Source of the DNA: Octopus vulgaris
Lineage: Eukaryota
Assembly (NCBI GenBank): GCA_951406725.2
Contig: OX597818.1
Location: 71,548,001-71,612,000 of the forward strand
DNA: 64,000 nucleotides
Direction of reading: 5' to 3'
A program made the translations under genes and the position numbers. Below, one piece after another: positions 63,810 through 64,000 of this stretch. The notes below the pieces were generated by a model. It was not told the DNA's origin and made no database searches. It saw only the letters and a list, made by a program, of their open reading frames with translations. The stretch's first letter is position 1; each line of letters opens with the position of its first letter.

Positions 63810-64000
63810 TAAGGTGGCAAGCTGGAAGAATCGTTAGAGTGTTGAATGCTTAGTGGCATTTCTTTCAGATCTTTACATTCAAATACTGTCAAGGTCAACT
63901 TTGCCTTTCATCCCTCTGGAGTTGATAAAATAAAGTACCAGGCAAGGACCAGGGTTGATGTAATCAACTTGTTCCTCACATCACCTCAAAATTATTGTCC
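63810..64000 (+). mobile_element. SINE family A copy (another on minus strand at about 63335-63470)
   Basis: AAGCTGGAAGAATCGTTAG...GTCAACTTTGCCTTTCATCC...GTTGATAAAATAAAGTACC. Confidence 0.78.

Noticed and set aside
61243-64000. Upstream SIK exon ending in HRDLK
   Set aside because: Not found by eye; it probably lies beyond the right edge.

Overview
AT-rich, repeat-dense animal genomic DNA. The SINE/LINE families suggest a cephalopod such as Octopus, but this is inference. Two spliced genes lie on the minus strand. (1) RBBP5, the WD40 core subunit of COMPASS/MLL: 13 coding exons traced by hand from ATG 30106 down to 2571, all GT-AG and in frame, probably continuing beyond the left edge. A perfect ETS-CRE composite (CGGAAGTGACGTCA) lies about 200 bp upstream of its start. 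(2) The 3' part of a salt-inducible kinase (SIK2-like): four internal exons plus one 2.3-kb terminal coding exon (61242 to 54325), followed by a possibly very long 3' UTR. Between the genes are a hAT (Charlie/Buster-type) transposon carrying a nested solo LTR with TSD, an R4/NeSL-type restriction-endonuclease LINE remnant with a 3' hairpin, a 7SL/SRP RNA-like gene or pseudogene (about 38553-38826), a foldback element, an RTE LINE and a tandem SINE array. Introns hold mariner, RTE, CR1 and L1/Tx1-like remnants. I found no evidence of a new multi-gene system. The best leads are the 7SL-like copy, the ETS-CRE promoter with a divergent solo LTR, and the long intronic hairpins. All coordinates were read by eye, and repeat boundaries are approximate.
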